From positions 124,001-188,000 of the IMG/VR virus record IMGVR_UViG_3300029908_000004: a DNA stretch of 64,000 nucleotides. One strand, written 5' to 3'. Under the pieces are notes generated by a model that made no database searches, was not told the origin of the DNA, and saw only the letters and a program-made list of their open reading frames with translations. This document shows, one piece after another, positions 37,840 through 48,118 of this stretch. Every line of letters starts with the position of its first letter. Position 1 is the first letter of the stretch. A program made the translations under genes and the position numbers.

Positions 37840-40800
37840 TGAGTATAACAATTAGTAACCCACAACTAGACGATCCAGAAAGTGGTTATTTTCGTATTGG
37901 AAATGTGATATTAAAGATTCCACCAGAGGATATTAATATCCATAAGACCTCTAATGTAGACGAACTTACTGCTTTAAGAGCTAAGTTCCCATACATAAAC
38001 GAAAGTGGATTCGCTCGTTGGGATGTGACGGTATCTTGGACAGCAGTATATGAGGAAAACCCTCAGAATTATTCTGATTCCCCAAGTTTCTCAGAGAATG
38101 ATGACCCACATTGGGCTCAATGGGAGGATGTACGCACCATTGTAGCTATGATGAAAGCTGCTCCATTTGTAGAAGTGGAGAATGATCTTGTACGTTCAGT
38201 TATTTCATCGAGGAATGACGAATCTTCATATTCAGGAATAGCTGTTACTGATAGTACTAAATATGTTCGTTTAGCTTTTGCTCTCCGTCAATTTAAGGTA
38301 TCAACTTCAGAGGATATAGTAGATGGATTAAAGTGTCAACTAGTTATGACATTATTTAATTATCTTCCATTTACCAAAGACTTCGCTTATGTAGGCACTG
38401 GTGGTTTGCCGGTAGACGCCACTCAATCAGATGCTTTTAAGAAGTATTTGAATGAATGGAAAGAAAATAATTTAGATGCTCCACAAGAAGGGGAATACAG
38501 CCCATGGCAGGAGCAAGACCCGGAAGATACGAGTTTTATTTGGCGGACTTATATGCCACAACCAGGGCTCCCTGTTGCTGCTCCAAGCGATTTAGATGTT
38601 GATGAATGGAAGTGTGACCATTTCACAGATGATATGACTTATAGATATAAGGAGAATAGATTACATCTAGATTCTTCAGATGGCTCAAGCTCTGAGGAAG
38701 GCTTATTTCCTACCAATCTCTCCGTTGTATTTGTAAATCAGTTTGCTCAATTACCATTAGCTAATTATCAATATCCTACATATCAACATATAGGCCCAGC
38801 AACTACCGTTATCTCTATGGGTATGGAATCTGATAGCGCTGAATCCCTAGGGGTAACTGGTTTAACTGGAATGATAAATGAGTTGAAGAAACAATTCTTA
38901 CAATTCCGTTCTTGGAAATCTGCTGCTAGTATTTATAATAGGCAGGCTATCCTAGTTCGTAATCAGTTCCTTAATATGCTAGGAGTATGGGGGCTTAACG
39001 TAGCAGAATTTGATGTATCTACTATACAGAATTCTGCTGGTAGATTATCTTGTACCCTCATGGCTAGACAATATGAAAACTACTATGAGTTATTAGATCC
39101 ATTTACTGTATATGGTAGTGACCATTATACACAACAATTGAGTAGTTATATTAGGTCCCCAGCCTTAACTGCTGGGCTAACTCAAGCTGAGCAATCAGGA
39201 ATGCAAAAGCTTGTAGCTTTTCGTAACGCTTGGAATGGCTACGACGATAAATATTTAGCGAATCTTTTATTATCTACAGACCCAACAACAGCGTCTACTT
39301 TAAAGACATTGCCTAGTATACCAATGCCTAGTGGGGTATCGTTGACCCCTACTGAGCAGGCTAATCTATTCTTAACACTTAAGGAAGAAAGCCCATTAAG
39401 TGCTACTGTAAGTAGGCTGCCCGGAACGGCTGGTTATGGTAGTACACCCTTCGATAGCAGTTATTGGCCTTGGTTAGCCGCTAAGAACAGCCCTGGATAC
39501 GTAATGTCTTATACAGACTATTGGGTGTTAACACGACTAAATACTTTGTCTAGTCAGAATGATCCAACTAGGTATCAAGCAGATTTAGCTATCCAACAGA
39601 AATATGACCCACAAGTAACCCAAGCCATGAAAGATCAGATATGGCAGAAGGCATTTGAACTATTGGCAGCAAATGACCGAGTAATGTCGAATAACTTGGA
39701 TCAAATAGCTCGTTCGAAATCTTTCAAAGACTCTCTTGATTCATCGACACAAGCACAAGGTTTATATAGTCCCGGGTCTGACCCATCTAATGGTAAACAT
39801 GGATGTTATAGGGACTTAGGGATTTATGATGGGGACCCGGCTGAATATTTCATTGATTATTCCAATGTGCTATTAACAACAGCTGCCCAGCAAATGGAAC
39901 AGAATTTATCTGTAATGTTAACTGGATTCAAAGCTTTTAATACAAAAAATCAGCAGGGTCAGGGAACAACAATACCAACTGATCTTTCAGATTTTGGTAT
40001 ACAAGAAGGTAATGTTTCTGGTATGCTCCTACGTTCTAATATACCAAAATATAGTATGAGGGGATGTTTCCCAACATTCAAATTATTTCTTATGGAGGAT
40101 AAGAACACTAGTATTTTCTATTGTTATGATAATTTCTATTCTTATGCCTCTGTAATTGATATGGAAATGATTAAGTATAGGGACAAGCCTGATACTGCTG
40201 TGATAAGAATTACAAACCTATCTGGTATGTTGTCATATAGATTATTCGATAACTCTGTACAAGGTAAGAGAGAATGGGAATTAAGCAATGATGTTAAGGT
40301 CCCTACTTCCCTTGACGGGTCACCAACGGTTAACCCAGGAGGTATGCCGGGTGCTGTAATGGCTGGTAGAATGGGCAATCATAACTATCAAGAGGGTCAA
40401 GGTAGTTTAAACTCCCCCGGAGAAACGTTCGTTACAAACCAACCTAAGGTGCCATTGCGGTATTACCCATTACAAACTGGATCAAAGATACAAGTACGTC
40501 TTGGTTATTCTAATAATCCAGACGGGTTATACCCAGTATTTGTTGGACAAGTCACACAAATAGATGAAGAAGACGGGATTATAACTCTTGTAGCTCAAAG
40601 CTATTTGACTGAGTTGGATACCTCTATGTCAGACGAAGTTAGCAGCGATGGTTTTTCTGTGCCCGGTCTTGTTGGTAACATAATTAATAGTGTTACTGAC
40701 GCTGCTATACGGCTAGTTAAATTCCAGCCAATGATGGCATTTCGTGATTTATGGGCGGGATTAACTTACGTTAGAGCTCCAGCTTACGGCGGATGGCTGA

Positions 40801-43034
40801 ATTTATCTGGGGATGGTGACGCTTCCAATGTAATAAAAGCGATTCTTAAGATAAGTCAGGCAAGACATTTTGGAAAATGGCAGATTGGTGGTTTACCTGA
40901 TCGTTATGTAAAAGGGTTTACATGGAGTGACACGCTTGCTGCCTTAGGAGGCACTGGACCAATTGCTTCGACACTTAATAATAGTTATGATAGGTCTGGA
41001 GCTAACATATTAGTTAATCATTTGGTTAATTATAGTGGAACAGAAGTTGTTGGTAAGTTCCCAGTTACTAGAAGTTGGACATTCGAACAGCCCGGTTGTA
41101 CAAAGCCTGTTTATCATATTAAAGGGGGAACAGCACGCACACCTTGGTTCTATATCAAAGATGTAGGACGTAGGTACCCAGATTACGTTCTAGCAGTTAG
41201 ACAATATGGGTTCCCATATCAGGCAAATGCTACTTGTATATTTGGACATCCTAATGATTTCTATTATTCTAGAGATTTAATCTTAGGGGAACTTACTGCA
41301 ATGAAGCTACAGCCTGCTGTAGCTAAACCTATCTTTGCAGATTGGTGGGATCACCAACAAGGTAGGTCTCAAACAGCAGCCATGCTATATAACTATCTCA
41401 TACCAGTGTTACCCGGCGTGCAGCCTGGGGACACTTATGTAAACACATTTATGAACAAGATAGATAGTACAAAAGACCCTAATGTTTATTTCCAACAATT
41501 AGACTCTCTAAATACTATGATAAACAGAACTGGAAACGATTTATTATCATGGTGGCCAGGGGTACAAAACTATCAGATGCAGTCTTTTAGAACAGAGGTG
41601 AATTATCTTCGTAACTCACTTGAATATTATTTAACTCTAAAGATAAACGGGACTATCGGTAAAGTTAATGAGGCGTTACGTATTCAACCAGTTCGTAGAT
41701 GGAATTACATAGACCACGAATCCATAATCCACAACGGTATAAAATTATCTGATAAATTCTTCAATACAATAAAGTTATCTGATGACACTCTATGTATAAA
41801 TGAGATGATACCAAGTCATCACCAACGGGTATTAGACGCTGACGAGCTTGTGGAGTCTGTGGATAAGAATTTAAAAAGTGGTGGTAATGAGCCAATGCGT
41901 CTAGCAACTATCCAGAGCTTCTTAAGAGAAGAATGTGGAAAGATGTATTATGGTGAATTAATTATTAAAGGCACACCAGAAATTGAGCCTTGGGATGTTG
42001 TAGTTATAACAGACCCAGCAACTGGTATGATGGGTCCCGTAGAAGTAGACTCCGTAATTCACACATTCAATCAGGAAATGGGGTTTATTACTATTATTAA
42101 GCCTAGAGCGTTGATAATAGTTAATGATGCTGCTTCCATGGGGTTATTGAATGGATATCGTTGGGCTTGGGCTAACGCGACCCAGATAATAAATGGGTAT
42201 AGTCAAGCTTATGGAGACGCTACAACGGCCATTGGTGTAACTACACCAACATTACTGGGAGTAGTAGCTGGTGGAACGGCAGCAGCCATCTTTGGCGGTC
42301 CTATAGGGGATGTTGTAGCAGTAATGGTTGCTGGTAGGGCATTTGCTACAGCTATAAATATCTCTACAAGAATGAATCTATGTATGGTGTTTCCACTTAT
42401 GAGATTTGGTAACCCTTGGGTGGGTGGTTTACAAGGATATCGAGCAGGTGATATAGTATATTGGTTAAAGGATCATTGGATACAATTTTATACTGATGAA
42501 ATAGCTCCATTAATGAGCACTTGGCAGGAAATAAAACAAAGCATAACACCATCTTTGCAGGACCCAACTATGACACCAAATCCTGTTCCCCCTATTTCAC
42601 CTAGACCACGATCTAAAATATCTAGTGATAAACAAGCAATCATAGCATTAATTCGTAAAGTAGCTGCTAGACCCGAAAACCAAGCGATGCCTGTAGACTT
42701 AGCCATAGCTCAGGCACAGCAAGAATCTACTCTTAACCCAAATGCTATAGGTCCAATGACTAAATGGGGGAAAGCTATAGGGTTATTTCAATTACTACCA
42801 AGTACAGCTGCTGGTTTACATGTAGACCCTTATGTTCCTGAACAGAATATACAGGGTGGTATAACGTATATGTTGCAATTATATGATAAGTTTCATACTT
42901 GGCCATTAGCACTAGCCGCTTACAATATGGGGCCGGGAGCTCTCCAGCACCATCTAGATAAGGGCACGCAATGGCCAACACAGACACAAACTTACGTATC
43001 TAATATTATGGGGCATTGGAATCAGAACTCATAA
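37839..43034 (+). CDS. Baseplate hub/tail-tip protein with a C-terminal lytic transglycosylase (SLT)
   Basis: Hub-type KIQVRLGYSNNPDGLYPVFVGQVTQI...ITLVAQS and GELIIKGTPEIEPWD. SLT motifs are QQESTLNPNA (E1629), AIGLFQLLPST, NIQGGITYM and ALAAYNMGPG. Confidence 0.82.
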   Translation: MSITISNPQLDDPESGYFRIGNVILKIPPEDINIHKTSNVDELTALRAKFPYINESGFARWDVTVSWTAVYEENPQNYSDSPSFSENDDPHWAQWEDVRTIVAMMKAAPFVEVENDLVRSVISSRNDESSYSGIAVTDSTKYVRLAFALRQFKVSTSEDIVDGLKCQLVMTLFNYLPFTKDFAYVGTGGLPVDATQSDAFKKYLNEWKENNLDAPQEGEYSPWQEQDPEDTSFIWRTYMPQPGLPVAAPSDLDVDEWKCDHFTDDMTYRYKENRLHLDSSDGSSSEEGLFPTNLSVVFVNQFAQLPLANYQYPTYQHIGPATTVISMGMESDSAESLGVTGLTGMINELKKQFLQFRSWKSAASIYNRQAILVRNQFLNMLGVWGLNVAEFDVSTIQNSAGRLSCTLMARQYENYYELLDPFTVYGSDHYTQQLSSYIRSPALTAGLTQAEQSGMQKLVAFRNAWNGYDDKYLANLLLSTDPTTASTLKTLPSIPMPSGVSLTPTEQANLFLTLKEESPLSATVSRLPGTAGYGSTPFDSSYWPWLAAKNSPGYVMSYTDYWVLTRLNTLSSQNDPTRYQADLAIQQKYDPQVTQAMKDQIWQKAFELLAANDRVMSNNLDQIARSKSFKDSLDSSTQAQGLYSPGSDPSNGKHGCYRDLGIYDGDPAEYFIDYSNVLLTTAAQQMEQNLSVMLTGFKAFNTKNQQGQGTTIPTDLSDFGIQEGNVSGMLLRSNIPKYSMRGCFPTFKLFLMEDKNTSIFYCYDNFYSYASVIDMEMIKYRDKPDTAVIRITNLSGMLSYRLFDNSVQGKREWELSNDVKVPTSLDGSPTVNPGGMPGAVMAGRMGNHNYQEGQGSLNSPGETFVTNQPKVPLRYYPLQTGSKIQVRLGYSNNPDGLYPVFVGQVTQIDEEDGIITLVAQSYLTELDTSMSDEVSSDGFSVPGLVGNIINSVTDAAIRLVKFQPMMAFRDLWAGLTYVRAPAYGGWLNLSGDGDASNVIKAILKISQARHFGKWQIGGLPDRYVKGFTWSDTLAALGGTGPIASTLNNSYDRSGANILVNHLVNYSGTEVVGKFPVTRSWTFEQPGCTKPVYHIKGGTARTPWFYIKDVGRRYPDYVLAVRQYGFPYQANATCIFGHPNDFYYSRDLILGELTAMKLQPAVAKPIFADWWDHQQGRSQTAAMLYNYLIPVLPGVQPGDTYVNTFMNKIDSTKDPNVYFQQLDSLNTMINRTGNDLLSWWPGVQNYQMQSFRTEVNYLRNSLEYYLTLKINGTIGKVNEALRIQPVRRWNYIDHESIIHNGIKLSDKFFNTIKLSDDTLCINEMIPSHHQRVLDADELVESVDKNLKSGGNEPMRLATIQSFLREECGKMYYGELIIKGTPEIEPWDVVVITDPATGMMGPVEVDSVIHTFNQEMGFITIIKPRALIIVNDAASMGLLNGYRWAWANATQIINGYSQAYGDATTAIGVTTPTLLGVVAGGTAAAIFGGPIGDVVAVMVAGRAFATAINISTRMNLCMVFPLMRFGNPWVGGLQGYRAGDIVYWLKDHWIQFYTDEIAPLMSTWQEIKQSITPSLQDPTMTPNPVPPISPRPRSKISSDKQAIIALIRKVAARPENQAMPVDLAIAQAQQESTLNPNAIGPMTKWGKAIGLFQLLPSTAAGLHVDPYVPEQNIQGGITYMLQLYDKFHTWPLALAAYNMGPGALQHHLDKGTQWPTQTQTYVSNIMGHWNQNS

Positions 43035-43039
43035 ATCTA

Positions 43040-43074
43040 TTGTTGTTCTTAGTCTTTTAAGCTATACTAAATAG
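43040..43074 (+). promoter_or_regulatory. Sigma70-like promoter TTGTTG-N17-TATACT
   Basis: Intergenic before 43085; the spacer is 17 nt. Confidence 0.45.
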
Positions 43075-43084
43075 AGGTGTAATA

Positions 43085-43687
43085 ATGGGATCAGCGTTGG
43101 CTATAGTTAGCCCCTGTTCAACTTGTAAAAATCAGAATGTAGCAGCAGGAACTGATGGGAAACCACAGTGCCCACGTAGGTATTGGCAGAGTCTAAATAA
43201 GAACGTACCACCCGATTTGTCGCTTGCCACAGGACCGGTCCCAGATACTGGGGCTGAATCCTACCCATTACTTGCGTTAACTGGTAACGAACGGGATGGC
43301 GATACCACAAGCACCTCTCTCGTAAATCCAGTATATTGGAATGATGGAAACTCTATATTAGTTTGGGTAGCCAAATTAAAAGATAACTCACCTATTGTTA
43401 ATAACGGGCAGGTAGTAAACAATGATATATTATCTGATTCCTTTGATACTAGTTATATAAATTGTTGTGAATACCCTTATGTACCAGTTGGAAACGAGAA
43501 TGAATATTTCCAACGTGGTGCACTAAAGGAAAGTGATCAAATAGTAGTGACAGATATCCCTTGTGAACAATTGTTTGGTGATACCTTTCAAGGAACTCCT
43601 TTTGGTGGCACCTTACAAAGAGCGAACTTCTTCTTCAATGTCCCAAGAGTACCAACTGATGACCATCAATGTCCGGAAGGTGTGTAA
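43085..43687 (+). CDS. Cys-rich hypothetical baseplate-region protein
   Basis: 200 aa with CSTC, QCP, CC and other Cys; GAGG RBS. Confidence 0.6.
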   Translation: MGSALAIVSPCSTCKNQNVAAGTDGKPQCPRRYWQSLNKNVPPDLSLATGPVPDTGAESYPLLALTGNERDGDTTSTSLVNPVYWNDGNSILVWVAKLKDNSPIVNNGQVVNNDILSDSFDTSYINCCEYPYVPVGNENEYFQRGALKESDQIVVTDIPCEQLFGDTFQGTPFGGTLQRANFFFNVPRVPTDDHQCPEGV

Positions 43688-44109
43688 TGTCAGATTCAAT
43701 ACAAAAGACCTTTGCTGTAAACCTAGAAACACAACCAACTAGTACTTCTACTAATAAAACACCAGCCCTATCGCCACAAAAGATGATGGCTGGTAATAGT
43801 TATACTGGACAGCCATATATCATTGCTCAGCAGAATGGTTTGGCTATGGTTGGGGATCAGAAGCATGTTATAACTGTTAGCCCAGAGCTAGGAGTTACTA
43901 TTTCTGGTCCAATGAGCTTATCAGCTATGCCTCAACAGATATCATTTGGTGGTGGATACTGGACACTTAATCCACTCAATCTATCAATGTTACCCTCTAG
44001 TGCTGTTACACCAGTGCCAATGTTTAAATCCGCCACTCCGAAGCTAATTAGAGCTTCTAGTGGGTTATCAGGTATTGTTGGTGCTGCAGAAGGGGCTGTA
44101 GGACTATAA
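43687..44109 (+). CDS. Putative baseplate spike-region protein
   Basis: The start is moved to ATG 43687 (TAATG overlap). It lies between the hub and gp25-like genes; the call is positional. Confidence 0.45.
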   Translation: MSDSIQKTFAVNLETQPTSTSTNKTPALSPQKMMAGNSYTGQPYIIAQQNGLAMVGDQKHVITVSPELGVTISGPMSLSAMPQQISFGGGYWTLNPLNLSMLPSSAVTPVPMFKSATPKLIRASSGLSGIVGAAEGAVGL

Positions 44110-44561
44110 TGGCTACTACTATAACAACGTTAATACCCCCATCTCCTAATAACCCAAACTCTACGACTGAGATAATAGCTGATTATCGATGGATGTCCGG
44201 GGGAGGTGGAGTATTAATGGATGCCACTGGTGACATCTCTCTAACAACAACCAATATGGAAAGTATAAAGGATATCATCCAGTCTAGACTTAAGGCTGAT
44301 TATAGAGGATGGGCTTTATACAATATTGGAGCAGATTTACAGAGTTTTATGGGACAAGTTATTAGTTCAGAACTAACAACATCCTTAAGTCGTAGAATAA
44401 TTAGTTCTCTAACTTCTTCATTTCTACCAGCAGGGGCTATATCAATTAGAACGTTAGTTACTGGTGATATGGTACAGGCATTTGTATATGTAGCTGGTAC
44501 AATGGTGGCAACAGCAACAACAGATAAAAGTGGGTCTACACTAACGGTGGTAATACTCTAA
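44109..44561 (+). CDS. Baseplate wedge protein, gp25/gpW-like
   Basis: DATGDISL...SIKDIIQSRLK...GWALYNIGADLQSFMGQ; directly before baseplate J. Confidence 0.7.
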   Translation: MATTITTLIPPSPNNPNSTTEIIADYRWMSGGGGVLMDATGDISLTTTNMESIKDIIQSRLKADYRGWALYNIGADLQSFMGQVISSELTTSLSRRIISSLTSSFLPAGAISIRTLVTGDMVQAFVYVAGTMVATATTDKSGSTLTVVIL

Positions 44562-45766
44562 TGTCTATTCAAGTTCCATACACTTCCACTCAAATTTCAC
44601 AGACTATTCTGAATGGATTATCGAATAGTGGGGTGAGACAAACTACTGCTGGTGGCAAAGCAAGAGCTTGGGCTGACGCTGTGGCGTCAATCTCGTCTTC
44701 ATCTGAACTTCGAGTATTTAATATGATCACCCAGAGCTTCTTAACCACGGCTACTGGTAAGAATCTAGATTTTATAGGTTCTATTTACGGCGTAATTAGA
44801 ATCCCTGCACAAGACGCTTCTTCAGACATGACAGATGACAACTTCCAGTTCTATGTGGCTAGTGGAACTTTTGGGGATATTAATAATGGTAATGATATAA
44901 TCATACCTACTGGCACTGCTATTAGTGATGGTAACCCATCTGATCCTTTTTACACAGTTGATTACGAAACCGCTCTCTCAGCCACGTCATCTTTACAAAA
45001 CATAAGCGTTACCTGTAGTGTGTCAGGTTCTGGTGGGAACTCTGCTGCTAATACATATATTTATAGTAATTTTACTAACTATGTTAATTCCATATATGGA
45101 TCTTTGTTAGTAACAAATAACTATGGGGTCGTCTCTGGTAGAGATGTTGAAGATGACGATAGTTATAGATATAGAATAAATCTTAAGCTGCAAGGAACTG
45201 GTGGGGCGGCACGAGCTGATTTAACTTTTTCATTACTGCAGGTAACAGGGGTTCAAGATATTGTATTTGAATCATTAGCAGGAACCTTTAATGTATATGT
45301 GTACGGGATATCACCAAACGTATCTATTGCATTACTTCAACAGGTTCAAGCAATTATTAATGCCAATACAGCGTTCCCATTGACTGGGTTAGCACTAGCA
45401 CCAGATTTGATTGGTATAAGTTTGGAGACAACAGTTACCCCAATAAAAGGGCTCTCGTTAGCAGAGCAGAACGCCGCTATGGCAGCAGCGGCAACAGCGG
45501 CAGCAAGCTATATAAATAACTTAGGAGTTGGTAACACGTTAGTTATAAATGAGATATCAGATGTTATGATGAACGCCAGTCAAAACATATTAGACATAGG
45601 TAGTCCTAATAAACCATTACAAAATATATTTATCTGGAGAGATAGAACAGATAACACACGATACAGTAGATTCTTAGTTACAGATTATACCCCAGCTCTT
45701 GGTGAGCGCGTTGTTGTGGAACAATCTATACCAAATCCAATAGCTCTATCTATTAGTAATTCATAA
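44561..45766 (+). CDS. Baseplate J-like protein
   Basis: FLTTATGKNLDFIGSIYGVIRIPA...GRDVEDDDSYRYRI...LLQVTGVQDI...GTFNVYV. Confidence 0.88.
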   Translation: MSIQVPYTSTQISQTILNGLSNSGVRQTTAGGKARAWADAVASISSSSELRVFNMITQSFLTTATGKNLDFIGSIYGVIRIPAQDASSDMTDDNFQFYVASGTFGDINNGNDIIIPTGTAISDGNPSDPFYTVDYETALSATSSLQNISVTCSVSGSGGNSAANTYIYSNFTNYVNSIYGSLLVTNNYGVVSGRDVEDDDSYRYRINLKLQGTGGAARADLTFSLLQVTGVQDIVFESLAGTFNVYVYGISPNVSIALLQQVQAIINANTAFPLTGLALAPDLIGISLETTVTPIKGLSLAEQNAAMAAAATAAASYINNLGVGNTLVINEISDVMMNASQNILDIGSPNKPLQNIFIWRDRTDNTRYSRFLVTDYTPALGERVVVEQSIPNPIALSISNS

Positions 45767-45767
45767 A

Positions 45768-47318
45768 ATGCCTAATTATAAATCCCATCTTACTCAAGTG
45801 CTTCTCAATTGTTTTGATCCAAAGGATGTTCGTGTAGCACAACAACCTTACACAATTGATTCACAAATGCTGAATCTTGCTGCTTGCGCAAGAGAGAGTA
45901 CAAACATGCGCGTATCAAGGGAAATTAACGCAGCCAACCCAATGAAGGTTCCATTAAATATAGACAATATGGGTAGATATTTTATGGCTGCTTTGCCACC
46001 ATCTCTTGATTTAACTAATACTGTGTCTGCATCTACTATCCTACCAGTTTTACATAGTGTAACCGGGACATTAGGGTCTCAGACTATAACTCTAACCCCT
46101 TTTGATGACACATTACCCATTCCAACAGGAATTTTGGTTGATACCACTAGGTCTTCTGTGCCTTTATCAAACGCAGTTATGATAAGGATGACAGGATCTT
46201 TAGATTCCTATAATAACCCGCTGACACAACAATCTGGACCACTGGTTATGCCTATACCAAATAACATAACATTCTGGTTAGATAATATGGGGGTAAACAC
46301 TGGATCAATAGAGATTCTTATAACTGGAGAATTGTATCCTAGACCGGTATGGACACAGCAAAGAAGTACATATCAAGAATCCCTTGTAACTACAGTCTCA
46401 CAAGGGGCTTTCACTTCTGATCTACGTTGGGAAGTTATAGATAACATTACTGTTAGGGGTATGCCTAATGGTGCCACATTAACTTGTTGGTGTTTCCCAT
46501 TTAATCTACCCGCATGTCCAGATCCAGATAGACCATACGTGAATCACGCCTATAGGGATGAAAATATTCCTAGATATTGGAAGATTCAGGGAAACTTATT
46601 AAGTGAAGTGTATATCAGAGGGCTAGATACAGGGTTAGAAATATGTAATACATATTCAACTGATTTAGATTTGGTAGATGTGGTTGTAGAACCAAATACA
46701 TATGGTTTATTCGCGGTCACCGAATCTTCAATAATCTATATTGATAGAAGGGAACCCCTACCAACTAATTTAACAGCCACGGCTATACAGGTTCAGCCAG
46801 TCTGTGGAATAAACGCACACTTAGATACTTCAAAAGATCCTTCACAGCAGAGATGGGTGAACCTTCTTCCTGTTTTATATACAGGTGCACAGATTCTCAA
46901 ATATAGATGGTCTGTGTTGGATCCAAACGGAACACAATATAGCATAACGAATAGTGGTGCTTTTACATCGTTTAAAGTATCTTTTGGTTGGCGTAGTGGT
47001 TACCCAACCAAACATACCTTCCCATTAATTAATACTGGAACTTATACAATTACTTTGGAATGTCAAGATATTACTGGGGCTATAACAAAGGAGTCCGTCT
47101 TATATAATAATTTGGCTCTAGCGCCACAAGTGTCGTTACCAGTCCCATTCGTTCCTCAGGTCGCTGGTATTTGTTTTGATAGTTTTGATCAAGCTTGGAT
47201 ATGGACAGGATCTTATGCGATACCGGTGATGTTTACTTATGATTCTTACATATTAGATATAGCTAATCAAGCCATCTATGTTACAAAGAATTATGACAGT
47301 ATAGAGGTAACCAATTAA
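45768..47318 (+). CDS. Putative baseplate/structural protein
   Basis: 516 aa, beta-rich, directly after baseplate J. Confidence 0.55.
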   Translation: MPNYKSHLTQVLLNCFDPKDVRVAQQPYTIDSQMLNLAACARESTNMRVSREINAANPMKVPLNIDNMGRYFMAALPPSLDLTNTVSASTILPVLHSVTGTLGSQTITLTPFDDTLPIPTGILVDTTRSSVPLSNAVMIRMTGSLDSYNNPLTQQSGPLVMPIPNNITFWLDNMGVNTGSIEILITGELYPRPVWTQQRSTYQESLVTTVSQGAFTSDLRWEVIDNITVRGMPNGATLTCWCFPFNLPACPDPDRPYVNHAYRDENIPRYWKIQGNLLSEVYIRGLDTGLEICNTYSTDLDLVDVVVEPNTYGLFAVTESSIIYIDRREPLPTNLTATAIQVQPVCGINAHLDTSKDPSQQRWVNLLPVLYTGAQILKYRWSVLDPNGTQYSITNSGAFTSFKVSFGWRSGYPTKHTFPLINTGTYTITLECQDITGAITKESVLYNNLALAPQVSLPVPFVPQVAGICFDSFDQAWIWTGSYAIPVMFTYDSYILDIANQAIYVTKNYDSIEVTN

Positions 47319-48118
47319 TGTCAACATTTTATCTTGGCCCAGAGACCATAACGCCAGTAAATAGTACTACTTATGTTGATATGCTGGGTGTAAACGTTGG
47401 GCTGACACGATTGCCGGGTGAGTCAGCATCAGAGTTTATGAAGCGGGTAACTGTCATGGGGAATATCCCACAGAACTACGCGTATGCCTCTATGTTACAA
47501 CGTATAGCCACAGAGCTAGGATTGAGCACTTATGTTGGGATACAATTGACAGCAACAACACCCGTTGTTGTAACTTGCTCAATATCTGGGTTAGTAATTA
47601 CAAGTCTGAACGGAAGTATACAGTATGTCTCTTCTCCATTACTAACTATAGCCCAAGATAATGTTTGGTCTTGGAGGATGTTATCCAATATAGTGTCTGA
47701 TATAAATATAACAACGACAACTAGCGGGGTTACAGCAACACTTATTCAAGATAGATTGGCTCTATGTTTATCAAAACAAACAAATTATTTATGGACACAG
47801 GAATCAGTAGATGGTTGGTCTCATACATTCCAGCAGAAAAACCCTCAAATTAGCACCATAACATTTAATATGGCTGTGCCTTCATACACAATACATGGTA
47901 GTACCATACTATTCTCATCAGAAGTTCCTGTAGAAGCTACTATAACTTATGTGTACGTAGCGATGCCTTTTGATGTAGTTGTAAGTGATGTGGGTATGTT
48001 TGGTCTTACTGACCCAGCTTTTGCTACTATAGCTACAAACGGTTCGATACTAACACAACAAGCTATGGAAATATTGAATGACGTAATGACGAGAGATAGG
48101 TCGTACTGGACTAAATAA
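47318..48118 (+). CDS. Baseplate wedge protein (P2 gpI-like N-terminus)
   Basis: VDMLGVNVGLTRLPGESASEFMKRV matches the LDxxG...RLxGESxxx[YF]xxR motif. Confidence 0.6.
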   Translation: MSTFYLGPETITPVNSTTYVDMLGVNVGLTRLPGESASEFMKRVTVMGNIPQNYAYASMLQRIATELGLSTYVGIQLTATTPVVVTCSISGLVITSLNGSIQYVSSPLLTIAQDNVWSWRMLSNIVSDINITTTTSGVTATLIQDRLALCLSKQTNYLWTQESVDGWSHTFQQKNPQISTITFNMAVPSYTIHGSTILFSSEVPVEATITYVYVAMPFDVVVSDVGMFGLTDPAFATIATNGSILTQQAMEILNDVMTRDRSYWTK

